A DNA stretch of 63,539 nt, the filler included, from Octopus bimaculoides (lineage: Eukaryota): assembly GCF_001194135.2 (NCBI RefSeq). It is 6 parts of 6 records of this genome, joined end to end, with 100 filler letters (N's around TTAATTAATTAA, not from the genome) between each part and the next. Parts side by side here need not be neighbours in the genome. Positions count along the whole stretch, not along the records: positions 17,105 to 32,992 come from NC_068990.1; positions 33,093 to 45,503 come from NC_069003.1; 4 more parts are not named here. The stretch is one strand, 5' to 3'. This document shows positions 24,337 to 37,860 of this stretch, piece by piece. The stretch's first letter is position 1, and every line of letters begins with the position of its first letter. A program made the position numbers and the translations under genes. The notes under the pieces are model-generated. The model saw nothing but the letters and a program-made list of their open reading frames with translations, did not search any database and was not told the DNA's origin.

Positions 24337-24690
24337 GCAGGCATGTCTGTGTGGTAGGAAGCATGCTTCCCAATAACATGGTTCCAGATTCAGTCCTACT
24401 GCCTGGAACCTTGGGCAACTGTCTTCCACTATAGCTTCGGGCCGACCAAAGCCTTGTGAGTTAATTTAGTAGACGGAAACTTTGTGCGTGTTCGTGCGCG
24501 TGTTTCCTCCCAAACTATCACTTGACAACCGATTTTGGTGTGTTTACATCCCCGAAACTTAGCGATTCGGCAAAAGAAACCGATAGAATAAGTACTAGGC
24601 TTACAAAGAATAAGTCCTTGAGTCGATATCTTTGACTAAAGCATGGCTACAATCAGATGGCTAAAATAAGTAAAAGAATAAAAGAATAAA
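24337..24690 (+). mobile_element. SINE family A
   Basis: Head, core and 3' part as at 11117. Confidence 0.75.
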
Positions 24691-24724
24691 AAAATATATG
24701 TATATGTGTGTGTATGTTTGTATG

Positions 24725-24797
<73 letters not shown>

Positions 24798-25403
24798 TGT
24801 ATGTCCTTTACCACTGCCTGGTAACTGGTGTTGGTGTGATTCTGTCCCCGTAATCTAGCAGTTCGGGGAAAGAGGCCGACAGAGTAAATGGCACATTAAA
24901 AGAAGAAAATATTGGCGTTGATTTGTACGACAAAGCTCTTCCAAATGGTGCCCCTGCATGACTGCAACTCAATGACTGAAACAAGTAAAAGATAAAAGGT
25001 AAATTCTTCTAGGACACGAGGAAAACTATGCATTACATTTCATTTGGGGATTTGGTTTGCAAGAATCTTTATGTGAGTTCGTGTGTTGAAGCATATTCTG
25101 TTGTGTTTGGGGAGAGTCATTTTCTTTTTGTGCCTTATAATTTAACACACTCACCGGTAAAATTTCCACTTATTCCTTATTTTTATTTTCCTAAAATTTT
25201 CGTTGCGCCTTGCAACCTTTTCAATAGTCTTGACTCTGTTTTACTGAAAAATTACAAATGGTTTTGTTATATTTGGGGAGGGTCATGCTTTTTGCCAATT
25301 AATCTCATGCACTGTATTCTTGGTCTTCATTTCAGTTTTTCTCTCCTTATCTTTCACCCTTGTGGCAACTAAATGAAATAATAATTATTATTATTATTAT
25401 TAT

Positions 25404-25886
25404 TGAATGAGTGTGAGAGCAGTGCATGCCATCAAAGTGACACTAGGGAACAAATATACGAAGCCCAGAGTACCTATCATGACTACCTCTCTGGTAAGGG
25501 TACACCAGGCACATGCACCACAACCATATGCGCGCCGCGACATGGTGATCTTATATGAAGATTAACAGTTCATGACCATCCAGGTTGAGCCAAATTAGAA
25601 TTTTCTTCAGGTCGGGTAGCTCATCCCGCTCAATAAGTCCTTGAATAAGGGTTGTGTAAGGATGTTGAATAAAACACCCATGTTTCCAGAGGTGAATGAT
25701 CCACACCCAAAAGAATTCCTTTCAACACATGGCTATGATGCTCCCCCATTACTTCTGCTTGTGATTAGAGATGAACATATCGTCAGCCATTAAGGGACAT
25801 GCTCAACTGGTTAAGGTCAAGCAACTGACAAGCAAATCTGTTCTATTGAGCAGAATATTTGCCGTAACCCATCTTTTATACCAAGA
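25404..25886 (-). mobile_element. TAA-flanked non-coding interspersed element (family E)
   Basis: Second copy at 44444-44841; both bounded by (TAA)n; no tRNA boxes or ORF seen. Confidence 0.7.
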
Positions 25887-25919
25887 TTATTATAATAATT
25901 ATTATTAATATTATTATTT

Positions 25920-26332
25920 TATGTTTGACTTTTGCTTTACATTTGTTTAAATTGGTTCCAAATCTCACCCAGAAACCTCAAGAGACAACAAGTTAGAGGT
26001 TCATGTTGGTGTTATGCCTAGGGTGTCATATATTTGGTTTTGTACATAGTGTTGTTCTAGGGAATGTTTAAGAAGCCATAAGAAAATTGTGTTTGTTTTA
26101 AAACTTGAGATTATATAGAAAGCATTTTGCGTAGGATATGGGCAGTTCCCATGAGCACTATCTTTTGAATTTCTGCCATTTTGGTGTTTCCTGGTATCTG
26201 AGTTAGGTAGTAATCAGCCCCTTTTGCTATCATTCCCAGGGCACCTATGACAACAGGTATTATTTTAGTCTTCAGGTTCCACCTTTTGCTAATTTCTATT
26301 TCAAGATCTTTATACTTGTTCAGTTTTTAGTA

Positions 26333-26335
<3 letters not shown>
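25920..26335 (-). mobile_element. R4/Dong-clade LINE 3' end
   Basis: Minus strand QKIVLMGTAHILRKML, the C-terminus of restriction-like-endonuclease LINEs; flanked by (TTA)n. Confidence 0.75.
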
Positions 26336-26398
<63 letters not shown>

Positions 26399-26410
26399 AT
26401 TATTATTATT

Positions 26411-26480
<70 letters not shown>

Positions 26481-26554
26481 GCATCATCATCATCAGCAGC
26501 ATCATCGTCATCATCATCATCATCATCATTATTATTATTATTATCATTATTGAG

Positions 26555-27310
26555 CCGATGCCTATGGCTAATTATCAGAAAGCTCTGGCCCGGCAATGCT
26601 ATTGGATGGCGCTGCCGGTTCGTGATAAACTCTACAGGTACAGATGTACTGTCAGACTGTCTTGTCCGAGATGCATACGGAGCAATGATACCCTTTTGCA
26701 TGCACTAGTACAGTGTCCGCTCATTGCTGACTTGTGGAGCTTCGACGAACAGTTATTGTCACGTGTAGGACGGATCCGGTTATCTTCCGAGTCTATCGTG
26801 AAGGTTACCCCGCCTCCTTACTTTCGCCGGGAAGGAACGGCAGTTTTATTCTGTCTGATAGCTATGGCGAATGAGGTTGTATGGTTGGACGCATTGAAGG
26901 GGTTGAAGACGGCTAGCTTCTTCTTTCGCCAAGGCCTCATTGATTTTTTCAGGTTCCACCTGAAAAGGAAGATGAGACTGGAGAAGGAGGTGCTGTCACC
27001 TAGTAAGCTTGTCGAAAGGTTTGGTGAATATAGCAAGGGTGGCCTGTGTGAATGGGCCTTCTCTAGGTGTACGCCTGTAGGCCCAGTGGAGTGACGAGGA
27101 GAGGGATACCTATCTGAGGTGCCTTGGTGTTAGGAGCCCAAAGTGGGTGAAGTAGCTTTGGTCACCTCTCGGTGGATTTCCCCACTATTGGGGAATTATA
27201 TATTGTTGGGTAATTTTCCTTGTTAATGGTTCTGTTTTGTTGTTTACACGTAGAACCTCACTAACCCATTGTCCATTATGTTTTGTGTTCGGTCGTAGTG
27301 ACAAATAAAG

Positions 27311-27315
<5 letters not shown>
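26555..27315 (+). mobile_element. Tx1/L1-clade LINE 3' end with 3' UTR
   Basis: LPVRDKLYRY...CPRC...DTLLHALVQCP...; AATAAA then (TTA)n; homologous to 17796-18143. Confidence 0.8.
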
Positions 27316-27389
<74 letters not shown>

Positions 27390-27392
<3 letters not shown>

Positions 27393-27555
27393 GGTGATGA
27401 GCTGGCAGAATCGTTAGCACGCTGGTCGAAATGCTTAGAGGTATTTCGCCCGTCGCTACGTTCTGAGTTCAAATTTCGCCTAGCTCAACTTTGCCTTATA
27501 TCCTTTCAGGGTCAATCAATTAAGTACCAGTGAAGCACTGGAGTCGATGCATTTC
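27390..27555 (+). mobile_element. SINE family B
   Basis: GAGCTGGCAGAATCGTTAGCACG...TTCTGAGTTCAAATT core, following (TTA)n. Confidence 0.75.
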
Positions 27556-28229
27556 AATATGGATCGGTTAGCTCTGATCTAAACTGGATCTAAATTTATC
27601 AAAAGCAAAATGTTGTCGTCAAAGTGACCAGCCTGTAAGCTTAAAATATCTGTATGCTTTACCATACATGGGCACTACTGTGCAAAGACACACATATATA
27701 CTCATACAGACACTCGCACTCGACTTACATACACTGACACACACGTATACAATGACACAGAAACTCAAGCATTCACAAACAGCTACAGCAGCGACGTTTC
27801 CTGCATATCTGCAAGATATACAATACATACCGACGATATATAAAGGAACGCAAATAACAAATCATAGCTTAATATAATTCCTTCGGGTCCACATAAAAAA
27901 AACAGACATGGAAAGAGAGTACATTACATATTGCATGTCCCCTGTTTCGATTGTAAGTCTTTAATTTATAAAATACTATGATCTGGCCTCTGTAACAGCA
28001 GTCACCTCTGGTAAACACTTTTGCATACAAAAACGAACGTACACACAGACACAAACCACGTGAACACACGCGTCCGTTCACACGTACGCATATATGCATG
28101 TGTGCGTAGATTTTTCTGTGTGTGTGTTATCGGGTGGTGGGTACTTCTTCTTTTATTCAATCTGGCCTCCATCTGCAGCTATTCTGAGTTTTGTATTTGT
28201 TTTCGTATATTTTATACATATATATATAT

Positions 28230-28274
<45 letters not shown>

Positions 28275-28555
28275 TTCTCTAAGAAAAACATTCAAGTGTA
28301 ACTCAGTGTCAAACCAGATGGTAGCGTCGTCCTCCAACACACATACACACACATACACACACATATACATACATGTAAATACATACACAGTACATACGCG
28401 CGCGCGCACATATGTATGTATGGATATATATATATATATATATATATACTTAAATGTGCGTATAGATGTAAGCGTGTATGCATGTATGTATACATACACA
28501 GATATAAATATGTACATATGTATGTATGCACATGCATACATACGTATACACACAC

Positions 28556-28590
<35 letters not shown>

Positions 28591-29384
28591 TGCATACATA
28601 CATACATACATACATACATACATACATACATACATACATACTACGTACGTACGTACGTACCAGTGTTTAATTTCTAAAACTGAAGATAATTATTTTCCAC
28701 AGATATAGAAAAGCAAATCGTCTTACTGGCAGAAACGTTAGCACGCCGATCAAAATACTACACAGCATTTCATCCGTCTTTAAGTTTTGAGTTCAAATTC
28801 CGCGAATGTCGACATTGCTTTTGGGGTGGATAAATTAAGTACTGAGTGGGGGCTATTAATTCCTTTTTATTAATTTCATCTATTTATCACTTTTTCTTTG
28901 TTTTTGTCATAGAGAAAAAAAACTGTAAACAACAAAATCTTATAATAAAATAACAAGGAAATACAAACGACAGATTGGCGGTGGTGGAAGGCGTTATATT
29001 CGAAACAAAAGCACAAACACATGCGTGCTGCGCATAGAAACATACTCACGCGTACTTACAAGCATATATATATATATATACATATATGTGTTATATGACT
29101 TCGAATGTATACATTTGCATACGTGTCTGTGAGTATGTGGACAGGCATGTGTTTCCATGTAGCCTGTGTTTGTGTGTACGTTTGTTATTATATAAAAGTG
29201 TGTATATACGTATTTGTGTGTATCATATGTGCCAGCTAATATTAAATACTGAAGCCTGACCATTCAAAATTAAAAATTACGGCTATCTAATTGTAACAGG
29301 GCACATGAAACACGGTGCGTAACATGTACGCTGTTTCCACTTAAGTTTCATAAATACAAAAGGTATACATTGGTTTTAAATTTT

Positions 29385-29570
29385 GGCAAAGAGGCCAGAA
29401 ATTTGGGAGAAGGGACTAAGATGATTACTTGGTGGCTGACTGGAACTCTTTTATCGGGCCCTTACGCAAATTCGACATCAGCAGAATTTGAACTCAGAAT
29501 GTAAAGACGTACGAAATGTCGCTTAGCATTTTGTCCGGTGTGCTAACGATTCTGCCAGATTGCTATCTTA
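29385..29570 (-). mobile_element. SINE family B
   Basis: Reverse complement of the family B core. Confidence 0.65.
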
Positions 29571-30120
29571 ATAGTACAAAATACAAAGGCCTGATCATAC
29601 AGCATTAAAAATCAAGGTTATAATATCGGAAACAGGGTGTATGTTGTGTACCCTGTTTCAACCTGATTTTCAAAAATACAAAAGATATATATGACAATGT
29701 GATTTTATATTTAAGTTCCTTTCTCTCTCTCTCTCTCTCACTCTCTCTCTCTCTCTCTGTATATATATATATATATATATATANNNNNNNNNNNNNNNNN
29801 NNNNNNNNNNNNNNNNNNNNNNNNNNNNNNNNNNNNNNNNNNNNNNNNNNNNNNNNNNNNNNNNNNNNNNNNNNNNNNNNNNNNNNNNNNNNNNNNNNNN
29901 NNNNNNNNNNNNNNNNNNNNNNNNNNNNNNNNNNNNNNNNNNNNNNNNNNNNNNNNNNNNNNNNNNNNNNNNNNNNNNNNNNNNNNNNNATCTGTGTATG
30001 AGTGCGTACGTGTGAGGGGGTGTGAGTGAGTTCATGACTACATTCTAGGAAAGTATTTCTAAGACAATATATCTATATTTATATAAATATATAAATAGAC
30101 AAACAGACAGACAGATGGGC

Positions 30121-30159
<39 letters not shown>

Positions 30160-30224
30160 CAGATGAATGGATGGATAGATAGCTAGATAGATAGATACAC
30201 ACACACACATATGTATCATATTTC

Positions 30225-30410
30225 TTTGCAGTCATTAGACTGCGACCATGAGGGGGCAGCTGCTTGAAGAGATTTAGTTGAATAAATGGACCCAGTACTT
30301 AGTTGTTTTTTTTTTCTTTTTAAACTCTAGTATTTATTCTATCGATCTTTTTTGCCGAACGACAAGGTTACGGGGTCGTAATGAAACAAACACCGGTTGC
30401 AAGCGTTGTG
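30225..30410 (-). mobile_element. SINE family A, 3' half
   Basis: Reverse complement of the family A 3' part. Confidence 0.6.
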
Positions 30411-30815
30411 ATAGCAACACGAACACACAGCACATACATACACACAGCACACACACAGCACACACATACACACAGCACACACACATACACACTCGCGGCA
30501 CATACACATACACATACGCGCACACACACATACACACACACACTCACACACGCATACATGCACACGCACACACATGCAAACACAAAAACAGAGAGGAGAG
30601 GGTAAAGGAGAGAGAGGGAGAGAAAAAGAGAGAAAGAAAGAAAGGAGAAGCATTTGGGAACATTTGATCTAGAAAGAATTATCGTCTGTAGTACAGATAC
30701 AAAGACATAAAATTGAAGAAAAAATGGTACTTTATTTTCAAAGGGATTGTTAAAAGAGAATAAATTTGCTATGAGATTTACGATGAAATACAATTTACTA
30801 TGAAATGGTGATACA

Positions 30816-30847
<32 letters not shown>

Positions 30848-31849
30848 TTTCTACTTATTCATTTATTTTGTTGCTGTTATGTCATTAAATATGTTTGATT
30901 TAGAAAAGCATGGATCCAGCTTGTATGTGTGTATGTATATGAATGTGTGTGTATGCGCGTGTGTGTGTATACATAGCAATATATATCGATGGACACACAA
31001 TCACCTTATAATAATTCTGCTTGTTCGTACGTTACTTAGCCCGTCCGTAACGCTTTAACGTGTTTAGTTGAAGGGAAAGAGAGAACAATAGGGAAAAAGA
31101 AAAGGCGCCAGGAAAGTGGATAATACAAAGAGATAGAAAGAGGGAGAAAGAAAAGTGGGAGAGAGAAAAAGAGGGAAAGAGAAGTGTCCATGACGTGAGG
31201 TGGGGAAACATAATGTTTAAAAAACGTTTAAAAAGTTAGTGATATAGAGGAGGTGGTAAATTGAAAGGTGTAGGCAAATTTAAATGTGTATAGGCTCTGA
31301 TCCATCATCTTGGCTTATATATTACCAACGATGTTGTTTTCAGAGTATGCCATGTTGCACTAAATTTTTATCCCTGTGAAATTGTGACCCCTATATTTTA
31401 CATCTAAGATTAATTTTTTTTTTACTATAAAATGTTTGTTTTCTAGGTATGAAATTGTAACCAGGTAAAATTTAAAATGTCATTTCTTTCTTTCTTTTTT
31501 TTTTTTTTTTTTTTTTTTGCTAAGGGGAAAAATGGATAACTAAGAGTAAATATCTATTCTATGGGTACTTTGTATTAAGTCTGTACAATTGTGGATAAAT
31601 TATATAAAGTGTATATATAAAGTGCATTATATAATCATCGTATTCTAATTTCCTTCACTTTTCAATGAGTAGCAGATGAGCGGCTATCCTTCCATACAGA
31701 CACAACACAGGCTACACTTTCAGGTTTTTTGGGATAAAGTTTTCAGAAATAACCCAATAGTTTTACCATTAATTCCATGAAATATTTACAGATCCCGCTA
31801 GTACATATATAATATACATACATATATATACATAGATATATACATACAT

Positions 31850-31895
<46 letters not shown>

Positions 31896-32061
31896 NNNNN
31901 NNNNNNNNNTATATATACATACATAATATATATATGCATGCATATATATACATACATAATATATATATGCATGCATATATATACATACATAATATATGCA
32001 TGCATATATATACATACATATATACATAAATATATAAATCAGTGTCTATAAAACGCGTGTA

Positions 32062-32870
32062 TTGCTGCACTTCTTTATTCGAGTGAGACGTGCACCACTT
32101 ACAGGCGTCATACGAGAATGTTGGAGAGATTTCATCAACAGTGCCTCAGACGTATCTTAGGAGTCAAGTGGGAATGTTTCTTACTAGATACAGAAGTTTT
32201 GCGCATGGCACGTTGTAGCTCAATTGAACATGTTATCTTGGCTCAAATGAGATGGACTGGATATAATATTAGAATGAAAGATGAGCGATCGCCAAAGCGT
32301 CTTATTTATGATGAGCTCAGCTCTGGTTTACGGCCACAGAATAAGCCGAAGAAGAGATATAAAGACTATGTGAAGAAAAACCCGAAGAAACTAAATATGA
32401 ATAAAAGTGATTGGGAAATTGATGTTCTAAGTCGGGACAAGTGGAGAGGTGCTGTTAGAACAGGTTGTAATGCCTGGGAGGAAAAGATAATTCAGCACTC
32501 TGAGTTTAAAAGGGCCTGTCGTAAAGGAACAACTGGAACTGAAATCAACAGTGAGCATTGGATATGTATTATTTGTGACCGTGCTCTATGGTCAAAAGCA
32601 GGACATGTGAATCATGTTACATGAAAATCGAAATGCCCAGACAGGTCATAATCTTGAGCACCGACCGCCTCTTATGACTTGTGTCATATGTCACAAAACA
32701 TGAAAGACAATAACTGGACTTAAAACATGTATGCTAGTTCACGAAAAGCATTCCTTCAGAATCAGATTTCAAAGATATTGAGCAAACTTGAGTAATATCT
32801 GTTACTTGTGTTTTAAACCCTGTCAGTCAGCAGCTGGCCTTAAAAGTCATCTGAGGGCTCATCAACGGAA
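32062..32870 (+). mobile_element. RTE-clade LINE 3' remnant with three C2H2 fingers
   Basis: LERFHQQCLRRILGVKW...QMRWTG..IRMKDERSPKRLIYDEL, then CIIC..H, CVIC..H, CYLCFKPCQSAAGLKSHLRAH; stops between fingers. Confidence 0.85.
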
Positions 32871-32960
32871 TGATTGTGCAGTGTGGAGAGGTGTGGCGTG
32901 TGTGTTGATGCGATGGTTATCACCTGTCAAGATGAAGCACTCATCATATATATATGTATG

Positions 32961-32992
<32 letters not shown>

Positions 32993-33761
32993 NNNNNNNN
33001 NNNNNNNNNNNNNNNNNNNNNNNNNNNNNNNNNNNNTTAATTAATTAANNNNNNNNNNNNNNNNNNNNNNNNNNNNNNNNNNNNNNNNNNNNGTTATTTT
33101 CTCCAGGTGAAACTTGATTGAGAAGATTTTTTTTATCAATGGCCTTCCAACCGTAACCACTCCGTCTTTTTACGCAGATTTAGAAAACACCGTTATTTGA
33201 GTTTGTGTTGAAGTTTAGTTTCTTTTTAAAGACAACAAACGTGGTTTAAAGATTTATTTTAGTTTACTGCTTTGTTGCGGAGAGACGTAGTAAGATATTA
33301 CTGTTATTTATTCTGCTTGCGAGAGATAGAGGAAGAGAGGGAGAGAGGGGGAGAGAGGCAGTAAGGGGGTGAGTGAGGGAGGGAGAAAGAAAGAGAGAGC
33401 AAGTGAGGGAGAAATGGAGAGAATAAGAGAGAGAGAGACAGCTAGAGAGAGAGTAAGAGAGAGAGACAGCAAGAGAGAGTAAGAGAGAGAGAAACTATGC
33501 ATGACCGCTCAACTAGAAATAACAGCAAACCTCTTCAATCAAAAGAGTTTCTTTAGATAATGTAGTGTGAGAAATAAATAGTCCGAAAGTCATAGCTTCA
33601 GGATTCTCGTCTGTATGTATGTATGTATATACATACATACATACATACATACATACATCCCATATAGACATACGTACATATATATATATACAGATATGCA
33701 TGTATGTGTCTATGAGTATATATATATATATATGTATATTTAAGAATTTAAGGAATGGAGA

Positions 33762-33954
33762 AAACGCATGTTAAAATTGCATACTTTATTCCTACATATG
33801 TTTCAAAGGATTACAACCTGTGTGATCCATAGGGATCTTTGATATTAAAATTGTAACCTTTACAATTTTAATATCAAAGATCCCTATGGATCACACAGGT
33901 TGTAATCCTTTGAAACATATGTAGGAATAAAGTATGCAATTATAACATGCGTTT
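33762..33954. repeat. Near-perfect inverted repeat (95-bp arms, 3-nt loop, 1 mismatch)
   Basis: 33762-33856 is the reverse complement of 33860-33954 except one base; loop CCT; right arm ends at a gap. Confidence 0.9.
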
Positions 33955-35024
33955 NNNNNNNNNNNNNNNNNNNNNNNNNNNNNNNNNNNNNNNNNNNNNN
34001 NNNNNNNNNNNNNNNNNNNNNNNNNNNNNNNNNNNNNNNNNNNNNNNNNNNNNNNNNNNNNNNNNNNNNNNNNNNNNNNNNNNNNNNNNNNNNNNNNNNN
34101 NNNNNNNNNNNNNNNNNNNNNNNNNNNNNNNNNNNNNNNNNNNNNNNNNNNNNNNNNNNNNNNNNNNNNNNNNNNNNNNNNNNNNNNNNNNNNNNNNNNN
34201 NNNNNNNNNNNNNNNNNNNNNNNNNNNNNNNNNNNNNNNNNNNNNNNNNNNNNNNNNNNNNNNNNNNNNNNNNNNNNNNNNNNNNNNNNNNNNNNNNNNN
34301 NNNNNNNNNNNNNNNNNNNNNNNNNNNNNNNNNNNNNNNNNNNNNNNNNNNNNNNNNNNNNNNNNNNNNNNNNNNNNNNNNNNNNNNNNNAGAAAATGCT
34401 AAATAATTTTATCATGAAGAACATTTTAGTACCGGTTTCAGTCTTTTCGACTTTTTCAAGTTAGAGTAAAGTAAGAATAACAACTGAATTGAAGAAAAAT
34501 TGAATGAAATAGCTTAATGTTATTTTTCTGCATTAAGAAAACACCTCGACATTTGAACCACTTAATGAATAACCCAACTTCAGAATTTTCTCCTTCTATA
34601 GATTCAGGGAGAATGCAACCTATAATCAGCGCATTAGCAAAGGATCATATTTTATCGCAAAATATAAACCCCTTTTGAATGCTTCCACCACAGATGATAT
34701 TACTACTACAAGGATCTTAGAATAATACCCACACAAATATTGAAAACGATATATTCAGAACAGTCACTACCCATGAATTTATTTAGAACAATTCCAATCA
34801 CTACTGCTACAACCACAACAGGTCACTTTTAGGTCACTTGACCAATAAAGAAGATTTCATGAACAGTCTACTACTGTCATACTACTCCCGTCTTTTTCTT
34901 TTCTTCCTTCTTTTTCTTCTTTTCCTACTCCTTTTTTCTTTCTCTTCTTTTTCTTCGCCGTCTCCTTCCTCAGCTGCTGCTGCTTAAACAATCAAAATCC
35001 AGAACTGTGCTCTTAACAGTTCTC

Positions 35025-35210
35025 AAGGGGATCCAGCGTAACACTGAGTGTGATAAGGCTGGCCCTTTAAAATACAGGTACTGCTAATTTTTTCCAGCTG
35101 ACTAGACTGGGAAAACGTGAATTGCTCCAGGACACAACTCGTCACTGGGAATTGAACTCACGACCTTACGATCGTAATCTGAATACCCTAACCACTAAGC
35201 CACGCGTTTT
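35025..35210 (-). mobile_element. tRNA-head SINE family F
   Basis: Minus strand GTGGCTTAGTGGTTAGGG...GAGTTCAATTCC, then a 3' body shared with family C. Confidence 0.65.
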
Positions 35211-35972
35211 CACCTCCCCACCACATAAACATATATAAGCCAATGAGATTCCAACGGTTTATTTTTGTATTTTTCACAATTTTACACATTTAAAACATTA
35301 CATATGATAAAACAAGTGCTGTCATGCTTTCTGCAATCGTCAGGTTTATATATATAGCAGCAGTATTAACCGAGCGTTATGTTTCACAATTTATAACTGT
35401 AGTAGAATGCTTGAATATGCCCTTTAAATGTCGGCTCCAATTAGTTGCATTTTACGAACTATATTTTGACTACTCAGACTGAGACTTAAATGCCAAGGTT
35501 TCGTAAGCGAACCAACATAGTTGATATTGACAAAATGTTATTCATAAGAACTTTGTAACCACTCAGCGTGCGGCTTCGCTGACATGGCTTGGTAAGCGCT
35601 CCAATACGGTCGACATTGACAGTGCTTATTCATAAAAACATTTCTATCAGTCATCTATAAATGATTCGGCGAAAAACATCTGGTACTATAAACAGTATTC
35701 CTGCTTTAAATGAGTCTAATATAACTGTTAAAATTAAGGCAGTATCATTAGCATGCCAGGCAAAATGCTCAGCAGTATTTCGTTCATCTTCACGTTCTGA
35801 ATGCTAATTACGCCGAAGTCTCCTTTCCCTTCCATCGTTTTGGGGTCGATAAAATAATTACGACTTGAACAATGCAGCGCTTATTGTTATTTGCTCTCAC
35901 TGCCATTCTCTGCGTTCTTGTGCTCTCCTACAACTTTTTAATTTCGAACCAGTGTTCTCAAGGGAGGAGCCC

Positions 35973-36373
35973 TTGTAGTGTCCCACAGACGCACCATATT
36001 GCGTGACAGATGCGCCATGTTGAGATCTCGCTGGCAACCATTAGCTGCTCGAGACCAGAGCGAGATCTCACAAACTTCCGGTGGGCATGCGCCACGAGAC
36101 AGTAAGCTTTTCCGGAAGGACAACTATATAAGACAGCTCTTGAGCTTGTTCATTCTCTGTTCCCGCGCACCTCTCACACTAGAAGCAACTCATCTCACTA
36201 GCAGCAACTGGCGAGCCTCACATACAACACGGCGGACGATACACTACGTTAAAGATGGTTAACGAGAGCCAAACTTCGAGCCTGTAAATAAATGTTATTC
36301 AGATTTGTTATCTCACTTTGTTTTCGACTTGATACTTCGTTTGACTGGATTTAATTTTATAATGGGTGACACA
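35973..36373 (+). mobile_element. Putative solo LTR
   Basis: TGT...ACA ends, GC-rich U3-like part, TATA (CTATATAAG, 36124), TCATT Inr about 27 nt later, AATAAA near 36286, T-rich U5-like end; no TSD recognised. Confidence 0.4.
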
Positions 36374-37649
36374 AGATACCCTACCAGTATTTTGGCCAAC
36401 AATGGCCTCTCGTTATAAAAATGTTTGTTTTTTTTTGCTGAAATTTGAAACCAATATTACTGTTAAAGTTCTTAGTTCTTAGTGAAATTATATCTAAATT
36501 GAATTAGTATTGATTTCAAATTTTAGCAGGAGACCAGCAGTTTCGAGGGAGGAGGTAAATCGAATACATCAATACCAGTGATTAACTGACACTTATGATA
36601 TCGACCCTGAGAGAATGAAAGGCAAATTCAAACTTCTTGTAAAAACGGCTCAAGTCTGTTATTTCGTGGTAAAACTCCAAACCATCCAACCATTCAGCTT
36701 CACCGCCTACTATATACTATGTTTTTGCACGTCCAATTCAAATACCAGCTTGGTGTCTGACACGAATAAGACCACTACAAACTGCAATGTAAAATGAGTT
36801 CGAAAGAATAACCATGCGCATTGTCCGTCGTGCAATTTAACAAAGAATGCGTTCGGATCTTAGGTAGAGAGGTCCGTTCAAAAAATAAAACTCAGTCTCC
36901 CTTCAATGCTAGTACAATCAGTAATAAACTTGCAACTTGTTCCCTTAGCACAAAGAATTCGTATCCCGGGGTCCCAAAGCATGTTCAGGAGGGAAAAAAC
37001 TGTTAGTAATATTCCAAACTTTTTAAAAAATTGTATTTTAATCATCATTGCGTTCGTATTTCAAACCATATACACGGGAGGCACTCTAAGAAGTGTCATC
37101 TTATGAAATTCCGTTGTCGTTTAGACAATATTTTGAACAATTGTTTCAAAAACGTCTTTCAAAGAAGCACTTTTTCGCCAAACCGTGCTGAAAATCGAGG
37201 AGGCTAGTACTTAAACAAAATACATTTGACTTCATGCATACAACGAACAAAAAGTTCATTCTTTACTTAAACGTTATTTCCTGGAGACAAAACTCATAAT
37301 TTTTTACTGAAGCAAATGTCGCACTGCATCTTTTATTTGAAGTTGCCATTCGTGTAGGTTTGAGTCTTATCGATCGAATAATTTTGAATTCGTGCCTACT
37401 TACCTCGTGTAAAACCATATAATATCCAAAAAGCCGTAGTGTAATTTTATCAGAGCTAACGAATGTTCTTGCTCATAAAATCGGGTTTTGAATGTTAATA
37501 CAGTTGTTCCGATATATACTTAAAGGTTGATCTCTGTTAATGTTTTTAAAATTAGTTTTGTGTAGATACATGTGTGCGAGGTGTGTTTTCCCTATTCTAT
37601 TGAATTATGTGTGTGAGATGTTCGCTTCTTTCTATTGAATTATATTGGA

Positions 37650-37860
37650 AGAAGGTGTTTTGTCACCGCTGGTTGGTATTATGTAGCTAATTCTGTAGAA
37701 TTGGTGCTTCGAATCTGTTGTTCACATCAACAGACTTCCATCATAATGCCCAGATAGCAGAAATTGTTCAAATCTACAACCTGCTGCTCGAGGAAAATTG
37801 GCGAGAATACTGTGGAACTGACGTGGTCATCCATTTTGGCCTGCAGTATTCAACTCTTAA
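37650..37860 (-). mobile_element. LINE RT fragment
   Basis: FLEQQVVDLNNFCYLGIMM resembles the post-YADD V..F.YLG motif of LINE RTs. Confidence 0.4.
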
